Notes: generated by a model not told the origin, from the sequence alone. 64,000 nucleotides of DNA from Thermoleophilia bacterium (GCA_025928655.1 JAICJC010000002.1:7531-71530), one strand, 5' to 3'; shown: positions 37,393 to 47,536, numbered from the stretch's first letter. Program-made: numbers and translations.

Positions 37393-39084
37393 GTGCAACT
37401 CGTCCAGACACCGCTGCGCGCCCGCCGGGCGCACCTGATCCTGGCGGCGCTGCCCGCCGCCGCGCTGGCGCTGGTCGCCCTGCACGTGGCCCGGGTGACC
37501 TCCGGCAGCGCCGGCTCGTGGTCGGGCACCGGGCTCGACGGCCGCCTCTCCGCGACCGCGATCGTCCTCTGCGGCCTCGCGGTGGCCGGCCGCGCCGTCG
37601 CCGACCGGGCCGACCGCGCCGCATGGGGGGCGCTCGGCATCGGCCTCACCGGCTACGGGACGGTCACGATCGTCGCCAGGCCGCAGCTGGGACACGGGCT
37701 CGCCTCGGTGACCCCGTCGGCGGCCGCGCTGTGGCTGGCCTTCTACCCGTTCCTGCTCGCGTGCGTGGTGCTCCTCGCCCGGGGCCACGCCGACCGCTTC
37801 GACGCCGGGCTCGTGGTCGACGGGCTGATCGGGGGCGTCACGCTCGCCGCCGTGGCGGCCGAGGTCGGCCTGCGGCCGCTGCTCCACCACACCCACCAGC
37901 ACCTGACCGGGATCGCCGTCGACGGCGTCTGGGTCGCATCCGACCTCGCCGTGCTCGGAGTGATGGCCGGCTGCGCCGCCCTGGCGGCCTCCCGCGGCCA
38001 GCGTGAGCGGTGGCTCCTCTTCGCCGGCGGCGTCGTCCTCGCGGCCGGCGACGCGCTCTCGCTCTACCACGGCACCGCCGCGATCGCCGGCCTCCCGGGC
38101 GGCCCCCGCCAGACGCTCGTGCCCGTGGCGGCGGTCCTGCTCGCCGTGGCCGCGATCGTCCCGTCCGGCCCGCCGCGGCCCACCCCGGCCCGGCCGGTGG
38201 TCGGGTTCACGGCCGTCTTCGCGCTCATCGCCGTCGCGCTCCAGGCGCTCAACCTGATCGGCGCCGCCAACCGGGTCGCCATGGTGCTGTCGGTGCTCGT
38301 CCTGCTCGCGGTCACGATCCGCGTGTCGCTCAGCCTGCGCCGGCTGCGCGAGAGCGAGCAGCTGCGGGCCGCGCTCGAGGATGCCGAGGAGCAGCGGCGC
38401 ATGGTGCTGAACCAGATGCTGCGGGCCGAGGCCGACGAGCGGCAGCGGATCGCCGAGGAGCTGCACGACGACACCGTCCAGGTGCTGACCGCCACGCTGC
38501 TGTCGCTCGACCGCCAGCGGCTCTCGGACGAGCGCGGCAAGCCGGAGGCGGCCGCGGAGGCGGCGGTGAAGGCCCGGCACACGCTCGCCCTCGCGCTCGA
38601 GCGCACCCGGCGGCTGATGTTCGAGCTGCGCCCGCCCCTGCTCGAGGCGCACGGGCTGGCGCCGGCCGTGCGCGACCTGGTCGAGCACGCCAACCAGGAG
38701 CTCGGCCTCGAGGTGGCCGTCGAGGTCGAGGTGCCGCGCTACGCCGGCGATTTCGAGACGCTGGTCTACCGGATCGTGCGTGAGGCGGTGGCGAACGTGC
38801 GCCGGCACGCCCGCGCCCACCGGCTCGAGGTGACGCTCGTCCACGCCGACGGCGAGCTGGCCGGGACCGTGACGGACGACGGCCGCGGCTTCGACGTCCA
38901 CCTGGCGCTCGACCGCCACCGCACCCGCCTCCACCTGGGCCTCGACGCCACCATCGAGCGCATCCGCCTTGCGGGCGGCGACATCGAGATCGACTCGGCC
39001 CCCGGCGAGGGCACGCGGCTGCGCTTCCGCATCCCGGCGGTGCAGGATGACGTGCGCGAGGGCGCGAGCGTCGTCCATGCATGA
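37393..39084 (+). CDS. Multi-TM sensor histidine kinase (HisKA_3 / NarX-type)
   Basis: About 8-9 hydrophobic helices; ERQRIAEELHD, EAVANV.RHA, DDGRGF, HLGL, GEGT; start may be 37330. Confidence 0.9.
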   Translation: MQLVQTPLRARRAHLILAALPAAALALVALHVARVTSGSAGSWSGTGLDGRLSATAIVLCGLAVAGRAVADRADRAAWGALGIGLTGYGTVTIVARPQLGHGLASVTPSAAALWLAFYPFLLACVVLLARGHADRFDAGLVVDGLIGGVTLAAVAAEVGLRPLLHHTHQHLTGIAVDGVWVASDLAVLGVMAGCAALAASRGQRERWLLFAGGVVLAAGDALSLYHGTAAIAGLPGGPRQTLVPVAAVLLAVAAIVPSGPPRPTPARPVVGFTAVFALIAVALQALNLIGAANRVAMVLSVLVLLAVTIRVSLSLRRLRESEQLRAALEDAEEQRRMVLNQMLRAEADERQRIAEELHDDTVQVLTATLLSLDRQRLSDERGKPEAAAEAAVKARHTLALALERTRRLMFELRPPLLEAHGLAPAVRDLVEHANQELGLEVAVEVEVPRYAGDFETLVYRIVREAVANVRRHARAHRLEVTLVHADGELAGTVTDDGRGFDVHLALDRHRTRLHLGLDATIERIRLAGGDIEIDSAPGEGTRLRFRIPAVQDDVREGASVVHA

Positions 39085-39113
39085 CGGGGGACCCTGCACA
39101 CCCGGCGCAGACG

Positions 39114-39150
39114 GACCCGCCAGAAGGGGTCTGACCCCTCTTGGCGGGTC
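39114..39150. terminator. GC-rich hairpin carrying REP-like GGGGTCTGACCCC, between convergent genes
   Basis: GACCCGCCA..GGGGTCTGACCCC..TGGCGGGTC. Confidence 0.55.
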
Positions 39151-39332
39151 GCGGAGCGTGCGTGAGCGGTGATCTCCCGCCCGGCTACGAGGAGGGGTAA
39201 CCCGTAGACCGGGCGGGGGCACCGCCCACCTGCGCGACCGGACGGCTCCGCGGCGCCCGACGGCCGGCACGTCCCTCCGATTGCCGGCTCATGGACGCCC
39301 GGGCGTCTCCGAGGAGGTCGCGCGGGCTGCAC
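39114..39332 (-). ncRNA. Candidate structured small RNA
   Basis: Nested helices 39232-39/39316-23, 39263-69/39282-88, 39166-89/39203-25; terminal hairpin 39114-50; upstream 11-bp-periodic boxes and -10-like AATAGT. Confidence 0.45.
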
Positions 39333-39353
39333 GGACTATTGAACACCGCCCGC

Positions 39354-39380
39354 CTAAGAAGAGTCTGAGCGCCGCCTAAG
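39354..39380 (-). promoter_or_regulatory. MprA/OmpR-type tandem direct-repeat boxes
   Basis: Minus strand CTTAG-N6-CTCAG-N6-CTTAG, exact 11-bp period. Confidence 0.6.
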
Positions 39381-39406
39381 GGTTTGTCGAGATCGGCCGG
39401 GGCCGG

Positions 39407-40750
39407 TCAGACGTCGACCAGATCCTCGCTCGGGACCGGGAGCGGCGGCACCGAGAGGACGAAGCGCGAGCCCCCGCCGGCCGGCGCCTCGACCGTCACG
39501 TGCCCGCCGTGCGCCTCGGCCACCTGGCGCACGATCGCCAGACCGAGCCCCGATCCCGGCATGCTGCGGGCCTCCGCCGAGCGGTAGAAGCGGTCGAAGA
39601 TGAACGGCATGTCGGCGTCGGCGATCCCGGGGCCGTGGTCGCGGACGCTCACGACGCCCTCGCCCACGTCGACCTCGACCAGCTCCCCGCTCGGGCTCCA
39701 CTTGGCGGCGTTGTCGAGCAGGTTGCGGACCGCCCGGTCGAGCCGGGCGGGCACGCCGCGCACGAGCGTCGGCCGCGCCGTCAGCCGGAAGTTGACGTCG
39801 ACGGAGTTCCGCTCGGCCCGCTCCACCGCCTCCGCCACCAGGATGTCGAGCCGGACGTCGTCCTCCTCCCCCGGCGACTGGCCGTCGCGGGCGAGCTCGA
39901 CGATGTCGCCGACGAGAGCGGCCAGCTCGTCGAACTGGCGGTGGACGTCGCGCTCGAGCCGGCGGCGGCTGTCGTCCGGCAGCGGCCCCGGCCGCATCAG
40001 CACCTCGAAGTTCGTGCGCAGGCTCGTGAGCGGCGTGCGCAGCTCGTGCGACGCGTCGGCGACCAGCTGGCGCTGCGCGGCGACCGCCTGTTCGAGCGCG
40101 GCCAGCATCGTGTTGAAGCTCGTCGCGAGCCGGCTGAGCTCGTCGTGCCCGGTGACCTCGATGCGGCGGGTGAGGTCGTGCGTCTCGGCCACGTGCTCGG
40201 CCGTGTCGGTCATCCTGCGGACGGGGCGGAGCGCCTCGCGGGCGACGAACGCGCCCAGCAGGGCCGCCAGCGCGACGCCGCCGGCGGCCACGAGCAGGAA
40301 CCAGACCCGCAGCTGCGAGAGGACGATGTCGTCGTCGTTGAGGCGACGCGCGACCTGGACCGAGAGGCCGCCTTCGACCGAGAACGTCGCGACGCGCAGA
40401 TGCACGCCGCCGACGGTCATGTTGGCGAGCGTGAGCGAGGACGGTGTGCGGGCGGCCTCAAGCGCCTGCCGCGTGACGGGCAACGGGTCCTGCCCCCCGA
40501 AGATCCGCGGCTGCACGACCCCGCCGTCCGCGGTCACCCACTGCCAGTAGTAGATGGCGAACGGCACGCCGTGGCGTGCGTTCGGCTGCTTCGGCGCACC
40601 CATGAACTGACCCGCCTCGTCCCGGAGGCTCGCGTCCACCTGGCTGTAAAGCTGACGGCCGACGACGATGTAGGCGATCATGCACGCGACGGCGACCGCC
40701 AGCGCCACCGCGGCGGCCGACGCGAGCGTGAGCCGGAGCCGGAAGCTCAC
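39407..40750 (-). CDS. mprB: HAMP sensor histidine kinase (MprB-like)
   Basis: [57 protein letters not shown]. Confidence 0.85.
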   Translation of the reverse strand: MSFRLRLTLASAAAVALAVAVACMIAYIVVGRQLYSQVDASLRDEAGQFMGAPKQPNARHGVPFAIYYWQWVTADGGVVQPRIFGGQDPLPVTRQALEAARTPSSLTLANMTVGGVHLRVATFSVEGGLSVQVARRLNDDDIVLSQLRVWFLLVAAGGVALAALLGAFVAREALRPVRRMTDTAEHVAETHDLTRRIEVTGHDELSRLATSFNTMLAALEQAVAAQRQLVADASHELRTPLTSLRTNFEVLMRPGPLPDDSRRRLERDVHRQFDELAALVGDIVELARDGQSPGEEDDVRLDILVAEAVERAERNSVDVNFRLTARPTLVRGVPARLDRAVRNLLDNAAKWSPSGELVEVDVGEGVVSVRDHGPGIADADMPFIFDRFYRSAEARSMPGSGLGLAIVRQVAEAHGGHVTVEAPAGGGSRFVLSVPPLPVPSEDLVDV

Positions 40751-41421
40751 GGCTCCCGCAGGACGTAGCCGATGCCGCGCTTCGTGTGGATCAGCCGCGG
40801 CTCGCCGCCCGCCTCGGTCTTGCGGCGCAGGTAGCCGATGTAGACGTCGAGCGAGTTCGAGGCGTAGCCGAAGTCGTAGCCCCACACCCGCTCGAAGATC
40901 GTCGCCCGCGTCAGCACCTGCCGGGGATGCTGCATCAGGAGCTCGAGCAGCGCGTACTCGGTGCGCGTCGTCTCGATGACGCGGTCGCCGCGGCGCGCCT
41001 CGTACGTGGTGGGGTCGAGGGTCAGGTCGGCGAAGCGCAGCACGCCCTGGCCGTCGCCGGTGCCCGTCCGCCGCAGCAGCGCGCGCAGGCGGGCGAGCAG
41101 CTCCTCGAGCGCGAAGGGCTTCGTCAGGTAGTCGTCGGCGCCGGCGTCCAGGCCGGCGACGCGGTCGGTCACCTCGTCGCGGGCCGTCAGCATCAGCACC
41201 GGGGTGCGATCGCCGTTCGCGCGCAACCGCCGGCACACCTCGAGGCCGCTCATCTGGGGCATCGACACGTCCAGGATGACGGCGTCCGGCGGCGCCTTGG
41301 CCACCAGGTCGAGCGCGGCCCTGCCGTCGCCCGCGGACGCCACCGAGTAGCCCTCCTGGACCAGCGCGCGGTCGAGGGCGTCCACCACCGCCGGCTCGTC
41401 ATCCACTATCAGGACTTCCAC
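40747..41421 (-). CDS. mprA: OmpR-family response regulator (MprA-like)
   Basis: [43 protein letters not shown]; leaderless TACTTT with CTTAG box at 41445-49. Confidence 0.85.
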   Translation of the reverse strand: MEVLIVDDEPAVVDALDRALVQEGYSVASAGDGRAALDLVAKAPPDAVILDVSMPQMSGLEVCRRLRANGDRTPVLMLTARDEVTDRVAGLDAGADDYLTKPFALEELLARLRALLRRTGTGDGQGVLRFADLTLDPTTYEARRGDRVIETTRTEYALLELLMQHPRQVLTRATIFERVWGYDFGYASNSLDVYIGYLRRKTEAGGEPRLIHTKRGIGYVLREP

Positions 41422-41498
41422 AGCCAAAAGTATCCGCGGGCATCCTAAGACGGCGGTAAATTCCCTGCAACCGCCGCAAACGGCAATAGGCTTCGGGC

Positions 41499-42377
41499 GT
41501 GCACCCGTCGCGCGCACGCCGCTGGGCAGCCGCGGGCGTCCTGGTCGCGCTCGCGCTCGCCGGGGCCGCGGCCGCCTACGCGATCTCGCGCCCGGGCGGG
41601 ACCGCCGCCGGGCCGCCGGCGTCGGCGGGCTCCCGGCAGGCGCGCGGGCCGCGCTCGACCGCGCCGCCGTCGACCGGGAGCGTGACCGTCTCCGTCGACT
41701 CCGCCAGCTCGGCGTCGACCGCTGCCCCGCCGCCCCCGCCGAAGCCACGGCTGCCGCGGCCCCACATCGTCTGGAAGCCGATCCCGTTCTCCGCCCAGCG
41801 GCTGGCGGAGACGGCGGCCTACGCCGAGCGCCACTACGGCGTGGACACGTGGCACATCCGCGGCCCGCGCGTGATCGTCGAGCACTACACCGTCTCGACC
41901 ACGATGATCTCGGCCTGGTCGACGTTCGCGCAGGACGTGCCCGACTCGGAGCTGCACGAGCTGCCGGGCACGTGCGCGCACTTCATCGTCGACCGCGACG
42001 GCACCGTCTACCAGCTCGTGCCGCTCGACGTCATCTGCCGGCACACGGTCGGCCTGAACCTGGTGGCGCTCGGGATCGAGCACGTCGGCATGTCCGACGC
42101 CCAGGTGCTGGACGATCCGGCCCAGATGCGCGCGTCGCTGCACCTGACCGCGTGGCTGATGGCGCGCTACCACATCCCCCTCGGCGACGTGATCGGCCAT
42201 GCCGAGAGCCTGACCTCGCCCCACCACCACGAGCTGTACGGGCCCTGGCGGTGCCAGACCCACGCCGACTGGCAGCCGGCCGACATGGACGTCTACCGCC
42301 ACCGCCTGCGAACGCTCCTGCACCGGTACCACATCCCGATCGGGAAGCCGGTGACCCGCGTCAGCTCGGGCTGCTGA
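41499..42377 (+). CDS. N-acetylmuramoyl-L-alanine amidase (Amidase_2)
   Basis: Signal/TM, Pro-rich linker, [31 protein letters not shown]. Confidence 0.88.
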   Translation: MHPSRARRWAAAGVLVALALAGAAAAYAISRPGGTAAGPPASAGSRQARGPRSTAPPSTGSVTVSVDSASSASTAAPPPPPKPRLPRPHIVWKPIPFSAQRLAETAAYAERHYGVDTWHIRGPRVIVEHYTVSTTMISAWSTFAQDVPDSELHELPGTCAHFIVDRDGTVYQLVPLDVICRHTVGLNLVALGIEHVGMSDAQVLDDPAQMRASLHLTAWLMARYHIPLGDVIGHAESLTSPHHHELYGPWRCQTHADWQPADMDVYRHRLRTLLHRYHIPIGKPVTRVSSGC

Positions 42378-43962
42378 CCCGCTCGGCGCCCTCGGGCTCG
42401 GCCGGCGCGACCTCCATGACCGCCGCGGGTCCGGCATCGGTCGAGCGCAGCGGGTCCTCGCGCAGGAGCAGCGAGATCGCAAAGCCGATGATCGCGATCG
42501 GGACGCCGGCCAGGAACACCGTGTCGATCGAGCGCGCGAACGCCTCGATCACCGGGCCGCGCACCGCGTCGGGCAGGGTGAGGATCGCGGCCGGGCTGCC
42601 CTTGAGCGTGTCCGGCGAGATGCCCGGAGGCAGGCTGCCGCCCGGGAGCAGGTCGGTCAGGTTGGTGGCCAGCCGGTTCGAGAGCACGGCCCCGAACAGG
42701 GCGACGCCGAACGAGCCGCCCATCGAGCGCAGGAACGTCGCCGCCCCCGTCGCGGTGCCCAGATCGCGCTGGTCGACAGCGTTCTGGACCGCGAGAATGA
42801 GCACCTGCATGACCATGCCGAGGCCGAGCCCGAGCACGGCCATGAACGCCGACGCGTCGAGCGTCGTCGTCGTCGGCCCCATCGTCGAGAGCAGGTACAT
42901 CCCGAGCGCCATCACCAGCATGCCGGTGACCGGGAAGATCTTGTAGCGCCCGGTGCGGCTGATGATGCGGCCGGACGTGATGGCCGTGAACATGATCCCC
43001 AGGATCAGCGGCAGCAGCAGCAGGCCGGCGTTGGTGGCGCTGCGCCCGGTGACGACCTGCAGGAACAGCGGCAGGTAGATGATCCCGCCGAACATGGCCA
43101 GGCCGACGATGAACATCGTCGCCGTCGCGACGGTGAACACGCGGTTGCGGAACAGGTAGGGCGGCAGCACCGGCTCGGCCACGCGCCGCTCGACCGCCAC
43201 GAACGTGGACAGGAGCACGGCGCCGACCACCGCGAGGCCGATGATCGTCGGGGAGCCCCAGGCGTACTGGGTGCCGCCCCAGGTGACGGCCAGGAGCACG
43301 GATCCGACGCCGCCGACGAGCAGCGCCGTCCCGACGTAGTCGATGCTGTGCGAGACGCGCCGGTGGGGCAGGTCGAGCACGGCGCTCGTGACGACGAGCG
43401 CCACCGCGCCGACCGGGATGTTCACGTAGAAGACCCAGCGCCAGGAGAGCTGGTCGACGAAGAAGCCGCCGAGCAGCGGCCCGATCACGCTCGAGAGCGC
43501 GAACACGGCGCCCATGTAGCCCTGGTAGCGGCCGCGCTCGCGGGGCGGCACGACGTCGCCGATGATCGTCATCGCGAGCGTCATCAGGCCGCCGGCGCCG
43601 ACGCCCTGGATCCCGCGGAACGCGATCAGCTCCATCATGTTCTGGGACAGGCCCGCGAGCGCCGAGCCGATCAGGAAGACGACGATCGCGAACTGGAACA
43701 CCTTCTTGCGCCCGTACAGGTCGCTGATCTTGCCGTAGAGCGGCGTCGTCACGGTGGACGCCACCAGGTAGGCCGTGACCACCCACGACAGGTGGTTCAG
43801 GCCGCCCAGGTCGCCGACGATCGTCGGCAGCGCCGTCGCGACGATGGTCTGGTCGAGGGCCGCGAGCAGCATGCCCAGCATGAGCCCGCCCAGGATGACC
43901 ATGATCTGCCGGTGGGTGTAGATCCGCGGCTGCCCCTGCCCAGCCCCCTGCTCAGCCGCCAC
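42361..43962 (-). CDS. MFS DHA2 (EmrB/QacA-like) efflux transporter
   Basis: LDQTIVATALP, SDLYGRK, WRWVFYVN.P.G. Confidence 0.93.
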   Translation of the reverse strand: MAAEQGAGQGQPRIYTHRQIMVILGGLMLGMLLAALDQTIVATALPTIVGDLGGLNHLSWVVTAYLVASTVTTPLYGKISDLYGRKKVFQFAIVVFLIGSALAGLSQNMMELIAFRGIQGVGAGGLMTLAMTIIGDVVPPRERGRYQGYMGAVFALSSVIGPLLGGFFVDQLSWRWVFYVNIPVGAVALVVTSAVLDLPHRRVSHSIDYVGTALLVGGVGSVLLAVTWGGTQYAWGSPTIIGLAVVGAVLLSTFVAVERRVAEPVLPPYLFRNRVFTVATATMFIVGLAMFGGIIYLPLFLQVVTGRSATNAGLLLLPLILGIMFTAITSGRIISRTGRYKIFPVTGMLVMALGMYLLSTMGPTTTTLDASAFMAVLGLGLGMVMQVLILAVQNAVDQRDLGTATGAATFLRSMGGSFGVALFGAVLSNRLATNLTDLLPGGSLPPGISPDTLKGSPAAILTLPDAVRGPVIEAFARSIDTVFLAGVPIAIIGFAISLLLREDPLRSTDAGPAAVMEVAPAEPEGAERVSSPS

Positions 43963-44431
43963 TCAATCCTCCCTGCCGGTCGATGTCCTCGACGAGCCGC
44001 TCGAGCAGATCGGCCAGGCGGGCGCGGTCGGCGGCGTCCCAGCCGGCGAGCATCTGCCCGAACGCGCGGTTGCGCGCCCCGCGGACGCGGGCGACGAGCG
44101 CCTTCCCCCCGTCGGTGGTCGAGACGACGGCGGCCCGGCGGTCGCCCGGGTCGTGCGTGCGGACGACGAGGCCCGCCGCCTCGAGCTCTGCCACCTTGCG
44201 GCTCGTGGTCGAGACGTCGAGGCCGATCCGATCGGCGAGCTGCGAGATCCGGGCCGGCTCCCGCATCGCCTTGGCGAGCAGGACGAACCCCGTGCGATCG
44301 ACGGCCACCCCGGCCTGCTCGGCCACGCGCTCGTGCATGCGGGCGGCGTGCCCGGCCCGGAAGACGCCGGCGAGCGCCTCGCCGATGCGGGTGAGGTCGT
44401 CGCGCTGGGTGGGATCGTCGATGAGGGCCAC
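43952..44431 (-). CDS. MarR family regulator
   Basis: RISQLA, DVSTTSR, DPGDRRA; overlaps MFS start. Confidence 0.9.
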   Translation of the reverse strand: MALIDDPTQRDDLTRIGEALAGVFRAGHAARMHERVAEQAGVAVDRTGFVLLAKAMREPARISQLADRIGLDVSTTSRKVAELEAAGLVVRTHDPGDRRAAVVSTTDGGKALVARVRGARNRAFGQMLAGWDAADRARLADLLERLVEDIDRQGGLSGG

Positions 44432-44452
44432 GTTCTCAACGTAGCAAAGTTG

Positions 44453-44467
44453 CTTGCGGCATGCAAG
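44453..44467. promoter_or_regulatory. Probable MarR operator
   Basis: CTTGC-N5-GCAAG just upstream of marR. Confidence 0.5.
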
Positions 44468-44578
44468 TATTCGCTGCTATGCTGCCGCCTTCGGCAACGG
44501 CTCAGGGGGGAAGTCGTCGAGCACTCCATCTCGCAGACGAGCTATACGCGCATCGGCAACGGGGGATCCGTCCCGGCC

Positions 44579-45328
44579 GTGATGGTGCGGCCGGCGGCCG
44601 CGCGGGGCGCGCTGCCCGCCGTCATCGTCATCCACGAGACCTGGGGCCCCGACGCGCACATCCGCGACGTCGCGGGGCGGATCGCGTCGGCGGGCTATCT
44701 GGCGTTCGTGCCCGACCTCTACGCGCACGGCGGAACGCGCCCTCCCGAGCTCGCGCCCGACCGCATCGCGGCCTTCAAGCGGTTCACCGACAGCGTGCCG
44801 GCGGGCGACCCGGAGGCGCGCGAGCGGGCGCTCGCCGAGCTGCCGGAGACCGAGCGCGAGCGGATCGAGGAGTCGCGCCGGGCGGTGCGCGCGGGGATGC
44901 GGCGCCCCGGCCGGTTCGTCGAGAATCTGCGCGGCGCCGTCGCCCACCTGCGCGATCATCCCGACTGCAACGGCCAGATCGGGACCGTCGGGTTCTGCCT
45001 CGGCGGCGGGCTGGGCGGCCTGCTCGCCTGCGATGACGGCGACGTGCGGGCGACGGTCGTCTACTACGGGACGCCGCCGCCGCCGGAGCGCGCCGGCGAG
45101 GTCTCCTCGCCCATGCTCGGCATCTACGGCGGCAAGGATCGCGCGGTCACCGACGCCGTGCCCGCCTTCGCCGAGGCGATGGCCACGGCCCGCAAGCCGT
45201 TCGACCACCGCGTCTACCCCGGTGCCCCGCACGGGTTCTTCAACGACACGCGGCCGTCGTACCGGGTGCGTGCCGCGCGCGACGCGTGGGCGCGGACGCT
45301 CGGGTTCCTCGCGGAGCACCTCGGCTGA
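44579..45328 (+). CDS. Dienelactone hydrolase family protein
   Basis: PAVIVIHE.WG, GFCLGG, YYG, HGFFND; homology frame extends to about 44513 without a canonical start. Confidence 0.88.
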   Translation: MMVRPAAARGALPAVIVIHETWGPDAHIRDVAGRIASAGYLAFVPDLYAHGGTRPPELAPDRIAAFKRFTDSVPAGDPEARERALAELPETERERIEESRRAVRAGMRRPGRFVENLRGAVAHLRDHPDCNGQIGTVGFCLGGGLGGLLACDDGDVRATVVYYGTPPPPERAGEVSSPMLGIYGGKDRAVTDAVPAFAEAMATARKPFDHRVYPGAPHGFFNDTRPSYRVRAARDAWARTLGFLAEHLG

Positions 45329-45738
45329 GCGGGGCCGGCGACGCCGAGGTCGGACGCCGCGCGGAGCGGACGTTCCACGTCGACGACGGCGCGATCGAGG
45401 CGTTCGCCGCCGTGTCGGGCGACCGCAACCCGGTGCACCTCGACGACGCCTACGCCGCGACCACCCGCTTCGGCGGCCGGGTCGCGCACGGGATGCTGAC
45501 GGCCGCGTACTTCTCCGCCCTCCTGGCCGGGGAGCTGCCGGGGCCGGGCTCCGTCTATCTCGGCCAGCGGCTGCGGTTCACCGCGCCCGTGCGCCCGGGC
45601 GACGACGTGCGCTGCGAGGTCGCGGTCACGGCCTGGGACGGCGCCCGGCGGCGGGCGACGCTCTCGACCCGGGCGTGGGTCGGCGACAGGCTGGTCGTCG
45701 ACGGCGAGGCGACCGTGCTGGTGCCCGCCCCGGCGTAG
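45325..45738 (+). CDS. MaoC family (R)-enoyl-CoA hydratase
   Basis: FAAVSGDRNPVHLD, RVAHG, PGPG, F.APV.PGD; probable CTG start overlapping the upstream TGA. Confidence 0.88.
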   Translation: MSGAGDAEVGRRAERTFHVDDGAIEAFAAVSGDRNPVHLDDAYAATTRFGGRVAHGMLTAAYFSALLAGELPGPGSVYLGQRLRFTAPVRPGDDVRCEVAVTAWDGARRRATLSTRAWVGDRLVVDGEATVLVPAPA

Positions 45739-46199
45739 TCAGAGGCCGAAGGCGGTCGGCTGGGAGGAGCCGCCGTCGTGCCAGTCATGGTGCAACCGCA
45801 TCTTGAGGCGGAAGCCGTGGGTGACGAAGTCGTCGGTGCCCCTGGTGACCATGCCGAGCACGTGCCGCTCCTGGCTCTTCGTCAGGCGCCCTGCCTTGAC
45901 CGCCGCGTCGAGGCGCGCCTTCACCGGCGCGATCAGGGCCGACTCGAGCCCGCCGACGGACTTACGGCGCCCATCCGCCGAACGGGAACCCGCCGCCGTC
46001 CGCGTTGGCGTGCTTCAAGAGGGCGTCCGCCCGGGCACGGGTGAGCTCGCCCTGCTGCACGAGCCGGTCGAGCCGGTCGAGCCGGTCGAGCCGATCGGCG
46101 ACGCGCCGTTCACCGCGCGGTGGAGGACGTGGCGAGGGCCGTTCCGCCCAGCCCGGCGACGCCGAGCGCCACCGCTGCGATCACGATCCGGCGCTTCAT
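45739..46199 (-). pseudogene. Degraded secreted helical-repeat protein
   Basis: Signal peptide MKRRIVIAAVALG.. stops at 46110; further fragments DRLVQQGELTRARAD and KARLDAAVKAGRLTKSQE, the latter in a different frame. Confidence 0.6.
46061..46096. repeat. 9-bp tandem repeat x4
   Basis: GAGCCGGTC x3 + GAGCCGATC. Confidence 0.85.
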
Positions 46200-46340
46200 G
46201 CGTGTGCTCACCACGTCCTCCCCGGCATGCTCATCCCCGGTGTCCATCCCGGGACACTAAGGATCAGTGTGCGTCACTCCCGGGGGTGGGCGCAACGCCA
46301 GAACGGCGTTCTTAGGCACTTTTTAGGGCGCTCTCGGGAT

Positions 46341-46373
46341 GGGGGCTGTCCCCGCTCGGCGGGGACAGTCCCC
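46341..46373. repeat. REP-like double palindrome, copy 2
   Basis: GGGGGCTGTCCCC-GCTCGGC-GGGGACAGTCCCC. Confidence 0.8.
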
Positions 46374-46423
46374 GCTGTCGGGGCCGGGTCTGCGGGCGGG
46401 CGGCGGTGGGTATGCTGGCGGCC

Positions 46424-47455
46424 ATGGCCACCCGCTACGAGCCGGCCCCGGACCGCTACGAGGGGATGGCCTACCGCCGCTGCGGGCGCAGCGGGCTCGA
46501 CCTCCCCGCCGTGTCGCTCGGCCTGTGGCACAACTTCGGCCACGACCGGCCGCTCGACACGAGCGCCGCCATCGTCCGGCGCGCGTTCGACCTCGGCGTC
46601 ACCCACTTCGACCTCGCGAACAACTACGGCCCCCCGTACGGCTCCGCGGAGGAGAACTTCGGCCGGCTGATGGCGCGCGACCTGCGGCCGTTCCGGGACG
46701 AGCTCGTCATCTCGACCAAGGCCGGCTACGACATGTGGCCCGGCCCCTACGGCGACCACGGCTCGCGCAAGTACCTGCTCGCGAGCCTCGACCAGAGCCT
46801 GGGCCGGCTCGGGCTCGACTACGTCGACATCTTCTACTCCCACCGGTTCGACCCGGCGACGCCCCTCGAGGAGACGATGGGCGCGCTCGCGACCGCGGTC
46901 ACGTCGGGAAAGGCGCTCTACGCCGGGATCTCGTCGTACTCCGCCCAGGACACCCGCCGCGCGGCCGCCATCCTCCGCGCCATGGGCGTCCCGCCGCTCA
47001 TCCACCAGCCGTCGTACTCGATGCTGAACCGCTGGATCGAGCCCGACCTGCTCGACGCGCTGGCGGACGAGGGCATGGGCTGCATCACCTTCTCGCCGCT
47101 GGCGCAGGGGATGCTGACCGACCGCTACCTGAACGGCATCCCGGAGGGCTCGCGGGCCAGCCGCAACGACTCGCTCTCGCCCGACCTGCTCACCGAGGGG
47201 TCGATGGCCAAGGTGCGGGCGCTGAATGAGATCGCGGCCGGTCGCGGCCAGACCCTCGCGCAGATGGCGCTCGCGTGGACGCTGCGCGACGCGCGCGTCA
47301 CCTCGACCCTGATCGGGGCGAGCAGCGTGGCCCAGCTCGAGGATAACGTCGGCGCCATCGCACGGCTCGGCTTCACCGACGACGAGCTGGCCGAGATCGA
47401 CCGCGACGCCACGGAGAGCGACATCAATCTGTGGGCGTCGCCGGGCGGCCGCTGA
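46424..47455 (+). CDS. mgrA: L-glyceraldehyde 3-phosphate reductase (aldo/keto reductase)
   Basis: SLGLWHNFG, FDLANNYGPP.GSAE, STKAGY.MWPGPYG, HQPSYSM. Confidence 0.9.
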   Translation: MATRYEPAPDRYEGMAYRRCGRSGLDLPAVSLGLWHNFGHDRPLDTSAAIVRRAFDLGVTHFDLANNYGPPYGSAEENFGRLMARDLRPFRDELVISTKAGYDMWPGPYGDHGSRKYLLASLDQSLGRLGLDYVDIFYSHRFDPATPLEETMGALATAVTSGKALYAGISSYSAQDTRRAAAILRAMGVPPLIHQPSYSMLNRWIEPDLLDALADEGMGCITFSPLAQGMLTDRYLNGIPEGSRASRNDSLSPDLLTEGSMAKVRALNEIAAGRGQTLAQMALAWTLRDARVTSTLIGASSVAQLEDNVGAIARLGFTDDELAEIDRDATESDINLWASPGGR

Positions 47456-47536
47456 CCCGGCGACCACCGCCGATCCGATGCCCACAGGCAGCGAGCGTCG
47501 CCAGATGGCCTCCTGCGGAGTAGCCTCCAGCCCGCG

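Noticed and set aside
38766-39332. 188-aa ORF starting at the candidate sRNA 5' end
   Set aside because: Runs through hairpins and antisense into the kinase; atypical composition
46061-46096. CRISPR-like repeats
   Set aside because: 9-bp tandem units without spacers; no cas genes
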